NCBI GenBank assembly: GCA_026392015.1
Contig: JAPLCW010000174.1
Coordinates: 1 to 64,000 of the forward strand
Direction: 5' to 3'
Source: Candidatus Auribacterota bacterium
Lineage (GTDB): Bacteria > Auribacterota > Tritonobacteria > UBA1439
DNA length: 64,000 nt
Below the pieces are notes generated by a model. It ran no database searches. It had not been told where the DNA came from and saw nothing but the letters and a program-made list of their open reading frames with translations. The position numbers and the translations under genes are program-made. This document shows positions 46,622 through 55,563 of the stretch, piece by piece; within the stretch, counting starts at the first letter, position 1, and every line of letters starts with the position of its first letter.

Positions 46622-47542
46622 TTAGCCCTCGCCGGCGTTCGCCGCCGGGTCCTGACTGAAAAATTGCGCAAGCGCGCCATAGAGCTCCGCATGCTTTTCC
46701 TTGAGTTCGACCGGGCGTTCGAAAAAATACTCCACGGAGACCGCGAAGAACTCCGCCTCATTCTCGGCTGCGTAGAAACAGAGGAGCGACCGGTTGCTCT
46801 CCACCTTTTCCATCTCCCGATGGATCAGTGTGAGCCAGGCCCCGCTCGCCGCCGGATTGAGCATTCGGGGCAGGCCGGTTGCCTGCCCCGCCCGAATATC
46901 CATCAAGTGCGCGAACTCATGCAGCACTACGTTGTCGCCTCTCCATGGCTCGCGCCAGCCGTCGAGGAGCGCCTCACGCGAAATAATGATCGGCCCCTGC
47001 CCATGGGCCTTGCCGAGAAACGGTCCCCGGCGCGTGAATCTGAACTCCTCATCGAAACTACCCGGGTACACGAGGATCGTGTGGCCGCGCGGGAGTTCCC
47101 ACTCTGGCTGCCCGTTCAGGAGCACCGCTGCCCCCGCTGCGATAAGCACCCTGACCTCATCGGTGACCTCGGCGCCCCCCACCCCCTCGATCCTTCGCTC
47201 GGCGAGGAAGTAGCGCACATCATCCTCAAAGCGCCTGCGGTGCCGGTCATCGAGACCGCGGTAGAATCGCACCTGCTCGCGCAGAATCTTCCTCCATTCG
47301 CCGGGGAACTCCTCCCGATGCAGCCGCAACCGCCTCATGGGGCGCCTCAGCGCCATCCATGTGTACAGCGCCAGGACAGGAACCGCACTGAGAGCCCATG
47401 CCGGATGCAGTGATCCCGAAAAAACCACCGCGACGCTGAACGCAATCACCGCGACAAGCGCGCCGTGGAGAAAAATGTCCGCTGTAGGTATCGCACGCAT
47501 GAGAACTACTGTGTAAAGTGTATAATCAGCTGTAAGCGGCAA
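46622..47542 (-). CDS. Zinc metallopeptidase, M90 (MtfA-like) family, with N-terminal TM helices
   Basis: HEXXH motif in NVVLHEFAHLMD and surrounding MtfA-like sequence (GWREPWRGD...EFFAVSVEYFFERP). Confidence 0.6.
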   Translation of the reverse strand: MPLTADYTLYTVVLMRAIPTADIFLHGALVAVIAFSVAVVFSGSLHPAWALSAVPVLALYTWMALRRPMRRLRLHREEFPGEWRKILREQVRFYRGLDDRHRRRFEDDVRYFLAERRIEGVGGAEVTDEVRVLIAAGAAVLLNGQPEWELPRGHTILVYPGSFDEEFRFTRRGPFLGKAHGQGPIIISREALLDGWREPWRGDNVVLHEFAHLMDIRAGQATGLPRMLNPAASGAWLTLIHREMEKVESNRSLLCFYAAENEAEFFAVSVEYFFERPVELKEKHAELYGALAQFFSQDPAANAGEG

Positions 47543-47706
47543 GCTGTAAGCAATAAGTATTTTGTTTGTAGCTTATGGCTTATCACTTACCGCTTTCCAT
47601 TGTGTAGCAGTATGCAGTTTTCCTGGCTACTAACCACTGCCCCGCTGCTTCTGTTTCTTTGTAGCGTTATGCAGTTTCCCTAACCCCTAGCTACTAACTA
47701 CTGCAG

Positions 47707-49386
47707 TTAAAGTCTGCCCGACTTGAGGATTCCGAATATGAGCCAGAGGCCCAGGAGCCCCGCGAGCAGGAACCCCGCCAGCCCGAAGAGCGGGAGGCCG
47801 AGGATGTGCGGCCCCTTGTCGCTCAAGGTCACGAGCGACGATCCGATGATCAGGGCGGCGACGATGAGGCCGAAGGAAAGCCTGTTACTCGACTTATCCA
47901 TTTCGGCGATGAAGGTGTCGAGTCCGCGGTGCTGGAATTCGAGCTTGAACCGCCCCTTCGCGGCCTTCCGTAACATGAGCTGGAGATCGCCGGGGAGCTC
48001 CCGCAGCAGGCCGAACAGGTCACCCGCCATTTCCTCGATTTTCCACTTGATTTGCGCCGGCCTGAGTTTTGAGAGAATGTACCCACGCGCATACTCCCGC
48101 GCCACTGCGATCATGTCGAACTCCGGATCGAGTATGCGCCCCACACCCTCCATATTGACGACCGCCTTTCCCAGGAGCACGAGATCCGGGGGCATTTTCA
48201 ACTGGTAGCGCGACGCGATGGAGATCGTCTCGTTGAGTATGTGGCCGAGGTTGATCTCCTTGAGGGGGCGACCCGAGTAGCCCTCGATGATGTAGGCGAG
48301 GTCGGATTTGAAAGACTCCTCATCGATCTCCTCCTCGGAGGTGCGCAGCCTGAGCAGGTGGTGCGCGGCCTTCGCGGCGTCCCACTCGGCGATCGCGAGG
48401 AGCATGCCGGCGAGTTCCTCGAGGTGCTCGCTGCTGAGCCGTCCCACCATGCCGAAATCGATTAGCGCGATGCGCCCGTCCGGAAGGACGGAGAAATTGC
48501 CCGGGTGCGGATCCGCGTGGAAAAACTTGTCCACAAAGACCTGCTTGAGGAAGGCACGCGCGCCGTTGAGCGCAACCTTCTTCACGTCGATGTCCATTTC
48601 CTGCAACCGGTCGTGATCGTCAACACGTATCCCCTCGATGTCCTCCATGACGAGCACCCGGCTGGAGGAGAAGTCCCAGAAGACCTTCGGAATGCATATC
48701 TCCTTCTCATCAGACAAGTTGCGGCGGAACCTCTCCGCATTCCTCGCCTCCACCAGGAAATCGATCTCCCTCGCCATCATCTTGCGGAAGAACCTCACGA
48801 GATCCGCCGGGCAGAACGCCCTGCTCTCGTGGATGTAGCGCTCGAGCCCGTTTGCGAGCGCCTCGAGAATATTGAGATCGGTGGCGATCTGTTTCTGGAT
48901 TCCGGGGCGCTGCACCTTCACCACCACTTTCTCCCCGGAGCGGAGGACCGCCCGGTGAACCTGGGCCATCGAGGCTGCGGCCATAGGCTCGGGATCGAAT
49001 TCAGCGAACATCTCCTCGGGCCGGCGGCCAAGCTCAGCAATGATGATTTCGCGCGCGGTATTGGTCGGAAAGGGCGCCGCGCGATCCTGAAGCTTTGTGA
49101 GCTCGCGCACGACATCCGCGGGAATCAGGTCGACTCTGGTGCTGAGAATCTGGCCGAACTTGACGAAGGTGGGACCGAGCTCCTCAAATGCAAGCCGTAA
49201 GCGCTCGCCGATGTTGAGCGGTTTGGCGGACTCGCGGTGTTTCAGGAATCTGTTGACGAGAGGAAGGTGGTCTGCAAGCTTGAGTTCGTACACAAAGTAG
49301 CCGAAGCCATGACGGAAGAGTACCGCCATGACTTGGCGGAACCTGACGAGCTCGTCGCGGCGCCTGATCAGAGACAGATATCTCAT
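47707..49386 (-). CDS. UbiB/ABC1-family atypical protein kinase
   Basis: LGPTFVKFGQILSTRVDLIP, AAASMAQVH and VVKVQRPGI motifs; FHADPHPGN catalytic loop; C-terminal TM helices. Confidence 0.85.
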   Translation of the reverse strand: MRYLSLIRRRDELVRFRQVMAVLFRHGFGYFVYELKLADHLPLVNRFLKHRESAKPLNIGERLRLAFEELGPTFVKFGQILSTRVDLIPADVVRELTKLQDRAAPFPTNTAREIIIAELGRRPEEMFAEFDPEPMAAASMAQVHRAVLRSGEKVVVKVQRPGIQKQIATDLNILEALANGLERYIHESRAFCPADLVRFFRKMMAREIDFLVEARNAERFRRNLSDEKEICIPKVFWDFSSSRVLVMEDIEGIRVDDHDRLQEMDIDVKKVALNGARAFLKQVFVDKFFHADPHPGNFSVLPDGRIALIDFGMVGRLSSEHLEELAGMLLAIAEWDAAKAAHHLLRLRTSEEEIDEESFKSDLAYIIEGYSGRPLKEINLGHILNETISIASRYQLKMPPDLVLLGKAVVNMEGVGRILDPEFDMIAVAREYARGYILSKLRPAQIKWKIEEMAGDLFGLLRELPGDLQLMLRKAAKGRFKLEFQHRGLDTFIAEMDKSSNRLSFGLIVAALIIGSSLVTLSDKGPHILGLPLFGLAGFLLAGLLGLWLIFGILKSGRL

Positions 49387-49427
49387 TGAGCCCTACGCGC
49401 ACCCTTCCCCGCCGGGGGGGACAACAG

Positions 49428-49730
49428 CTATTTCTTCGCCTTTAACTTCCTCTCGAGGCTCCTCAGGCGCTTCTCCATCTCCTCCATTTTGTCAGAGGTG
49501 GCAAGATGCATCTTTCCGAGAAGTGACGAGAAACCTTTCTCCAGTGTCTCCTCCAGGTCCTTTCGCCGCTGCCGGGCGGACCGTGAGAACGATTCCATGA
49601 TCTTCTTCGCCTCGGCCTTGCTCACCTCACCCTTCTTCTCGAGCTCCTGGATGGCATTGGCAAGCGTCTCCCGGGTGAATTCAGCCGCCCCCATCCCGAT
49701 GAGAAGACCTTTCTTGAGCAACTCCTTCAT
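49428..49730 (-). CDS. Phasin-like / PHA-granule-associated family small protein (tentative)
   Basis: 100-aa charged helical protein, LLIGMGAAEFTRETLANAIQELEKKGE. Confidence 0.5.
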   Translation of the reverse strand: MKELLKKGLLIGMGAAEFTRETLANAIQELEKKGEVSKAEAKKIMESFSRSARQRRKDLEETLEKGFSSLLGKMHLATSDKMEEMEKRLRSLERKLKAKK

Positions 49731-49924
49731 GCCGACCTCCTTTTTTATAGAAAGTAGTTAGTAGCTAGTAGTTAGGGATAACGTTCCCTTGTGCGGCCTT
49801 CGGCTGCAGCTACATGCTCCACCGTGGATGGATCCGTCTTCGGCAGACCAAACCAAAACGCCCATGCAAAAATACACCGAGGTTAAGAAACCAGAACCTA
49901 ACTACCAACTACTAGCTACTTCTT

Positions 49925-50404
49925 CTAGTTTCCCCATTTCTCGAGCCCGAAGAGCCAGTCCAGGGAACATGCGTACCTTCGCGCAAAGAGTATCCGGAGC
50001 GCCATCGCGAAGAAGACAAGATCCCTCACGAGAAGGTCCGCCGCCGCACCGGGTTTTGTATGCGCAAACGAGAAGCAGCCGCAGTCGAATTCGATCCCCC
50101 GCATGAGGTTGTAGGTGAGCGCAACGATGAATACCCAGAGACAGAGCGAGATTACCAGCGCCGACCCCCTGCACAGGAAACCCAGGACGAGGAAAATACC
50201 CGCGATCAGCTCGATGCCCGGCAGCACGATCGCGAACAGGTTGATTGTAAAGGCAGGGAGTATCTTATACCCATAGATGATCTTGCTGAATGCGACAGGG
50301 TCCGAGAGCTTATGCAGGCTGGCGTAGACGAACATTCCTCCCAGAAAGAGGCGCAGGACCAGCACCGTCGAGTGATGGAAAAAAGAGGAGAGTCTGTTTC
50401 TCAT
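49925..50404 (-). CDS. DoxX/MauE-family membrane protein
   Basis: Four TM helices and the LRLFLGGMFVYASLHKL pattern. GGAGGAG RBS before the Met at 50404. Confidence 0.7.
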   Translation of the reverse strand: MRNRLSSFFHHSTVLVLRLFLGGMFVYASLHKLSDPVAFSKIIYGYKILPAFTINLFAIVLPGIELIAGIFLVLGFLCRGSALVISLCLWVFIVALTYNLMRGIEFDCGCFSFAHTKPGAAADLLVRDLVFFAMALRILFARRYACSLDWLFGLEKWGN

Positions 50405-50943
50405 TTTTGCTCCTCCCCCTTTTCCAGGGAGGACCCGGCCGCTTTCCACTCCCCCAGGCCGCCGGCGAACACGCATACGTTACCAATCCCTCCCTCGCGC
50501 AGTTTCGCAGCTATTATGTGGGACTCGTCACAATCCATTCCCTGGCAGTAGACAACCACTTTCTTGCCTTGTGCAACCCCTTCGGAAATCTCACTCAGAC
50601 GATCAGGGAGCGTATCCTCCGTCACGGAGCGGGCCCCCGGGATATGATCCTCCAGGAACGCTTCGCGTGGCCGAGCGTCGACAAACAGCGCCCCTTCCAG
50701 CAAAAGGCGCTGCGCGTCCGAGAGATGGATTTCGATATTCCCGTGAGTAGATGCGTGCGCTCCGCCGGGCGAAGGAACGCCGTACGCCTTGTTCCATTCG
50801 CCGAGGAGGGGGATACTGCGGGAGGAGAACGTATTGCTGAGGACGCCCGCAAAGCATCCGGCAATGATCACCACCATCGCCTCGTAGAGTGACCGTCGGA
50901 TCTTGCGATCCCTATTCAACATGAGCGGTGCAAGATAAGTCAT
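50401..50943 (-). CDS. Rhodanese-domain sulfurtransferase with N-terminal membrane anchor
   Basis: Rhodanese fold with active-site Cys in VVVYCQGMDCDES, and FLEDHIPGARSV. Confidence 0.7.
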   Translation of the reverse strand: MTYLAPLMLNRDRKIRRSLYEAMVVIIAGCFAGVLSNTFSSRSIPLLGEWNKAYGVPSPGGAHASTHGNIEIHLSDAQRLLLEGALFVDARPREAFLEDHIPGARSVTEDTLPDRLSEISEGVAQGKKVVVYCQGMDCDESHIIAAKLREGGIGNVCVFAGGLGEWKAAGSSLEKGEEQK

Positions 50944-51229
50944 GGCAACTCCGCGTGTCAGTGCTATTATTGCATATTATCATGGCTTGACAAGCATTTC
51001 TGTTGCCTCGCGCGACTCCCTTTGCCGCTCAGGTGAGATCTCCTGTCATTTTAGCAAGGCTTTTTGCTTTCAAAATTCTTAACTCGTTGTTTCGCAATAT
51101 ATTGTTGTATCGTTTAAGCTTAATGTAGGACACAGATGAACACAGTAATGCCAATCATGCCGGGGGCTGCTGACTTTGTCCGTACATACAGATTTCCTAT
51201 GATCACAAACAACCGTTGGATTTGTAACT

Positions 51230-53053
51230 TTAAGCACACTTTCGAAAGATATTTACGACGCTATCGGGAAAGATCGGATCATCGATTAGCTTTCTGATTT
51301 TTGTCGGGACACGTTCGGGGGTTATTTGAACATTGCGTAATTCCTCGCGCGCGAGTGCAACGTCAAGGTCGGCGAAGCGCTCTTCTAATGTGGAATAGCC
51401 GTTGAGCAAGATCTGTGTGTAGTGGGGATTTTCCAGGTTTCTTACCAAAGGGGTATCAGCAAGCATGGCGTGCAGAGTTTTGCCCATGGATGTATTTCCG
51501 CTTTTTCTGCGGTTGCCACGCCTCAGATCGCGGAAGAAGCGTTCCATGATGTTATTGGTCCGCTGCGGTTGAATGATGATTCTCCCCTGAGGGGTTTCGA
51601 CGATGATCGGATCGGCAAAGAGTTTTTGCCAGTAGTGATCAATTTGAGCGATCATCTTTTGGTAAGCCGGATTGGTTGCATACTGCGGAGCGGACACTAC
51701 TCGCGCGCGGAATTTGCGAACCGCTTTCTCGATGCCACCCATATCGGCGTTGAGGTCGCCCGAATTCAGTCCTTCGGACCCGTGCGGTGGGGCGATGCGC
51801 ATGGCCTTGCGCAATTGATCAAAGACCTTGATCTTCGCATCAATCTGATCGAGCGTGCGTTGCAGGCTCGTATCGAAGAAAACCGGCTTCAGTTCACAGG
51901 CAAGTTTGAACAAGGGCTTATTGTCCTGCCATTCGCCGCGCAGGTGGATGTCTTTGATCTGTTCGATCTGTGTGTAAATGGTGCGTAGTCGGTTGGCAAA
52001 GACCACATGCGGACGATCAAACGGAAAGCCATATCCCCGTCCCTGATGCTTACCGGCCAGCGCCCATTGAATGAGACTGTACGCGCTCAGAATGGGGACC
52101 TCTTCGATGCAGGAACCGGCGGGGGCCTGGTTCGTAATGCGCTGAATAAAGGCGTCCAGTAACGGCGGGTTCTGATCCATTACCATCTTCAGCCGTCTGG
52201 CATGATACCGCAATTTACCCGTGATCCCGTGCCGGCGCAAACGATTTCGAATCAGGTCGTATTCCTGCCCGAAAAGGTCTTGACCGATATCCCGCAGGAA
52301 ATGATAGTGGCACACGAAATCAGGGGTGTTTGGGAAGACGATTTTGATCGCGCGCAGAATTCCGCCGCCCATGTCGTGGATTAAAGCCAGGGGCGAACCG
52401 AAGCGCGATTTCATCTCCTTGATGAAAGGAATAATCTGCTCGGCTTTTTCCGAAGGCAGCTTCACATTGCCCAGCACAATCTCCGAAAGGGAGTCCAGTC
52501 CACTCATCAGCACGGGCGCGCCGCCCTCACAGTTTCCATCCAAATGGAAGATAGAGCCTCCTTTTTCATGCATCGCCTCCCGAATTTTCGGCGTGCACTG
52601 GCGATGGGACAGCGCCAGATACACGATGAACTTCTTCCCCAAATACTCTACTTCGCTGGGGCTGATCGAAACGTTGCGCTCCCGTAACGCCTCGACGATT
52701 TCCCCGACAGTGCGATGGCTTCGGAAAAGCGCCAGGCCGACAAAAACGATTACGTCATAACCGAAACGGCATCGCTCAGGCGCCAGGCGTGCCAGTTCAT
52801 TCGAAGCGTAGACCGCGTGGTTCTCACAGTCTGCGCACTGCCGCAGCGTTTCGTGTGCGGTAAACTCGCCAATGGACATCGTGGTCGCCGTCTTCATCTG
52901 TGTCTTTCGCACCGTTAGCCGCGTCGCGCACACTGGACATGTGGTCTGCTCCGGCTCAAAACGCAACGTCGGCCGTTCCGCAAACAGAACCGGCGCTGTG
53001 TTCTCCTTCCCCAACCTCTCCATGTAAGTGTTCAGCGTGCGTAAAGTCTTCAT
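51230..53053 (-). CDS. Transposase (607 aa) with N-terminal zinc-ribbon-like Cys pairs; family unresolved (TNNxxE signature, ISL3/IS66-like)
   Basis: CPVCATRL...CADCENH near the N-terminus and TNNIMERFFRDLRRGNRRKSG near the C-terminus. It lies between the terminal inverted repeats. Confidence 0.7.
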   Translation of the reverse strand: MKTLRTLNTYMERLGKENTAPVLFAERPTLRFEPEQTTCPVCATRLTVRKTQMKTATTMSIGEFTAHETLRQCADCENHAVYASNELARLAPERCRFGYDVIVFVGLALFRSHRTVGEIVEALRERNVSISPSEVEYLGKKFIVYLALSHRQCTPKIREAMHEKGGSIFHLDGNCEGGAPVLMSGLDSLSEIVLGNVKLPSEKAEQIIPFIKEMKSRFGSPLALIHDMGGGILRAIKIVFPNTPDFVCHYHFLRDIGQDLFGQEYDLIRNRLRRHGITGKLRYHARRLKMVMDQNPPLLDAFIQRITNQAPAGSCIEEVPILSAYSLIQWALAGKHQGRGYGFPFDRPHVVFANRLRTIYTQIEQIKDIHLRGEWQDNKPLFKLACELKPVFFDTSLQRTLDQIDAKIKVFDQLRKAMRIAPPHGSEGLNSGDLNADMGGIEKAVRKFRARVVSAPQYATNPAYQKMIAQIDHYWQKLFADPIIVETPQGRIIIQPQRTNNIMERFFRDLRRGNRRKSGNTSMGKTLHAMLADTPLVRNLENPHYTQILLNGYSTLEERFADLDVALAREELRNVQITPERVPTKIRKLIDDPIFPDSVVNIFRKCA

Positions 53054-53057
53054 CGCA

Positions 53058-53705
53058 CTATATCCGTACTTTTTTTAACCCATGTTGCTCAAAAAATGAG
53101 TTAATGCTCTCGGTCGAAACCGTCAGCTGTCTCCGCGCCTGAATGTGCGCGGCGATCTGATCCGCCCTCAACTGCGGCTGCTTGATGCATTCGACCAGCA
53201 CCCAAACCGCTACCTGGGCGCTGAGCGGCGCTGCCGCCGCCGTCGGCTGGCGAGCTTCCAAGGCCACCCGTTGGCGTCGATTGATCCAGGACTGCGGAGA
53301 CAAGTACCGAAACGCCCGCCCAACTCGAATCCGATCCAACCGTCCTCCCTGGTACATGCTACTCAAAACCCCATCACAGGGATGGTGCAACTTGCCGCCC
53401 AGTTCGCCGGCGGATAGTCCCGTCGAACTCTTGTCGAGCAGAGATCGAATCGTGGCGATCAGACTTCCATGTCGGGAAAACCCGATCGCCTTGTAGCGCC
53501 AAAGACCATCACGGTCGAAAACCGGCTGGGAACGTGACGTGTACCACTTGCCATTGTCACTGTAGCTGCGAAAATAACCGATCTGTTTCAGGAATCGTCG
53601 CACCGAAATCTGCGCATAACCAAGCGCTTTGGCCAATTCGGTCAACATCCAGCACGGGTGGCGTTCCAGTAACTGTCGCAGCTGATCTGTGGGTTTTTCG
53701 GGCAT
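53058..53705 (-). CDS. IS-encoded helix-turn-helix accessory protein (orfA)
   Basis: N-terminal HTH (WMLTELAKALGYAQISVRRFLKQ). 4-nt spacing to orfB, same strand, inside the IS. Confidence 0.6.
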   Translation of the reverse strand: MPEKPTDQLRQLLERHPCWMLTELAKALGYAQISVRRFLKQIGYFRSYSDNGKWYTSRSQPVFDRDGLWRYKAIGFSRHGSLIATIRSLLDKSSTGLSAGELGGKLHHPCDGVLSSMYQGGRLDRIRVGRAFRYLSPQSWINRRQRVALEARQPTAAAAPLSAQVAVWVLVECIKQPQLRADQIAAHIQARRQLTVSTESINSFFEQHGLKKVRI

Positions 53706-54251
53706 CGTAGTCCTCCATGATAGAGTATGCAGTTATAGCCACTATCCGCCTAATTATTCCATACTCTATCATGACTCCGCTACCTGTCAACCCCTTTCTG
53801 TAAAAAAGCCAACCCTCTTCCGATTGGGACGATTGAACCGATCACGATACCAATCAGTCACTTACGACAATAAATCCCTTCTTCGTGCTTTGCCGTCAAA
53901 CTCTTGCTTCAATCCTCTGATGATAGAGTATGAAACTGGCATTCGTCGTAACTCCTTGATAATCAACCACCCAACGGTTGTTTGTGATCATAGCGGATTT
54001 TTATTATAACCACGGATAAACACGGATTAACATAGAATCACGTAACACAATCTGTGTTCATCCCTGCCGCCGGGCAGGCGGGGTTATCTGTGTTCATCTG
54101 TGATGATCGTCTAAGCTTAATGCGCGACACAGATGAACACAGATCCCGGAATGCCGGAAATTCAAACTAAAAATCCCCCGCTTGGCATTAAGTAGTACGC
54201 GGTAAGCTATACGTAAAATGCTTACAACTTATTGATTACAACTTACGGCTG

Positions 54252-54385
54252 GTAAGGGGTCACTTATGGGTGGTACATTGCTGAATATGTCATTCCTGCG
54301 AAAGCAGGAATCCAGGTTTCATAATGGATCCCCGCTTTCGCGGGGATGACAAGCGAAATGGATACCACCCATAAGTGACCCCTTA
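54252..54385. repeat. Palindromic ~135-bp element (family GGGGTCACTTATGG...), copy 1
   Basis: Ends TAAGGGGTCACTTATGGGTGGTA / TACCACCCATAAGTGACCCCTTAC, with inner hairpins GTCATTCCTGCGAAAGCAGGAATCCA and ATCCCCGCTTTCGCGGGGATGAC. A second copy is at 59722-59870. A solo-end copy is at ~11140-11180 and a diverged copy at ~16560-16800. Confidence 0.8.
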
Positions 54386-54543
54386 CTACGGCTGGCTGAA
54401 TTTGGTTGCGGTGAAAGCCTGGCTGTGCTATTTTCAAGTAGATGCTATGAGCAAACTCGGGCGATTGATACTAGTTACACTGCTTCTCTTGCACGCCGCT
54501 TTTGCGCTCGCCGGGTGTCAATCAACCCGGCAGAAGTGGGAAG

Positions 54544-55563
54544 ATGCCAAATACTACCTCCACAACGAGGTCGTGCGATGGTAACATTCTCGGTTCCCCA
54601 CTCGTTCTCGGGAGCCTTCGCATCCAATCCCGGTGCGTTCTTGCCCCGCTGTCGGGGGTAAGCGACCTCCCCTTTCGCCTCATCAACCGCTCCCTTGGAT
54701 GCGAACTCGCATTCGCCCAGATGATCAACGCGCGTGCCCTCATGCGCAGCAATTGGAGAACCGTTGCGATGCTCGCCTCAAGCCATCTCGACAGGCCGCT
54801 CGGGGTGCAGCTTCTGGGCGCGGATACTGAGGCAATCGTTTCTGCAGTGCGAAAACTCCAGGATTTTGATATCGACTTCATCGACATCAATGCCGCGTGC
54901 CCGGCACGGAAGGTGGTGAAGAGGGGCGAGGGCGCATACCTCCTCACAATGCCCCGCGCGCTCGAGGATCTGCTCCGGGCCGCGGTGCGGTGCTCCCGCA
55001 TGCCTGTCACGGTGAAGATCCGCACGGGATGGGATACCAGCACGCGCAACGCCCGCGAGATCGCCCGCTGTGCCCGGGATGCCGGCGTGACCGCCATCTT
55101 TATCCACGGTAGGACGCGGGCGCAGGGGTATTCGGGCGACGTGGACTATCGGGCGATTCGCGAGGTAAAGGAGGAGGTGGACATTCCCGTCATCGCGAGC
55201 GGCGACGGGCTGTCCCCGCAGCTTATCAAGAAGATGTTCGACGAAACGGGGTGTGACGGCGTGGCGATCGCGCGAGGAGCCCTGGGTAATCCATGGATAT
55301 TCCGGCGCGCGGCTCAGTTTTTTTCCTGCGGGACAGTTCCGCCTCCGCCCGCGCCTTCGGAAATCGCGCACGTAATGCGCGTGCACCTTGCTGCCTGCTC
55401 CGAACAGTACGGCGAAGAACAGGGCCCCGTTATTTTCAGGAAGCACTTTACCTGGTATACGAAGGGTCTTCCCGGCGGAAAGGCGCTGCGCCAGAAGGCG
55501 TTCTCAACCCGCACCATGGAGGAGATGGCGCGCATTATTCAAGAAGTCTGTTCTGTTTCCTGA
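54544..55563 (+). CDS. dus: tRNA-dihydrouridine synthase (Dus family)
   Basis: LAPLSGVSDLPFR, catalytic region TVKIRTGWD, and C-terminal helical domain. ATG at 54544 preferred over the TTG at 54502. Confidence 0.8.
   Translation: MPNTTSTTRSCDGNILGSPLVLGSLRIQSRCVLAPLSGVSDLPFRLINRSLGCELAFAQMINARALMRSNWRTVAMLASSHLDRPLGVQLLGADTEAIVSAVRKLQDFDIDFIDINAACPARKVVKRGEGAYLLTMPRALEDLLRAAVRCSRMPVTVKIRTGWDTSTRNAREIARCARDAGVTAIFIHGRTRAQGYSGDVDYRAIREVKEEVDIPVIASGDGLSPQLIKKMFDETGCDGVAIARGALGNPWIFRRAAQFFSCGTVPPPPAPSEIAHVMRVHLAACSEQYGEEQGPVIFRKHFTWYTKGLPGGKALRQKAFSTRTMEEMARIIQEVCSVS

Larger units (their letters stand above)
51197..53993. mobile_element. Complete insertion sequence (~2.8 kb) with 23-bp perfect terminal inverted repeats and two ORFs
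   Basis: CTATGATCACAAACAACCGTTGG at 51197-51219 and its exact reverse complement at 53971-53993. It encloses an HTH orfA and a DDE-type orfB. Confidence 0.75.

Noticed and set aside
54447-54584. 45-aa lipoprotein-like ORF (MSKLGRLILVTLLLLHAAFALAGC...) upstream of and overlapping the Dus gene
   Set aside because: The Dus reading frame has no alternative start downstream of 54584 before its conserved LAPLSGVSD motif. Dus must therefore begin at or before 54544 and overlap this ORF, which is more likely spurious. It is kept only as a low-probability small protein.
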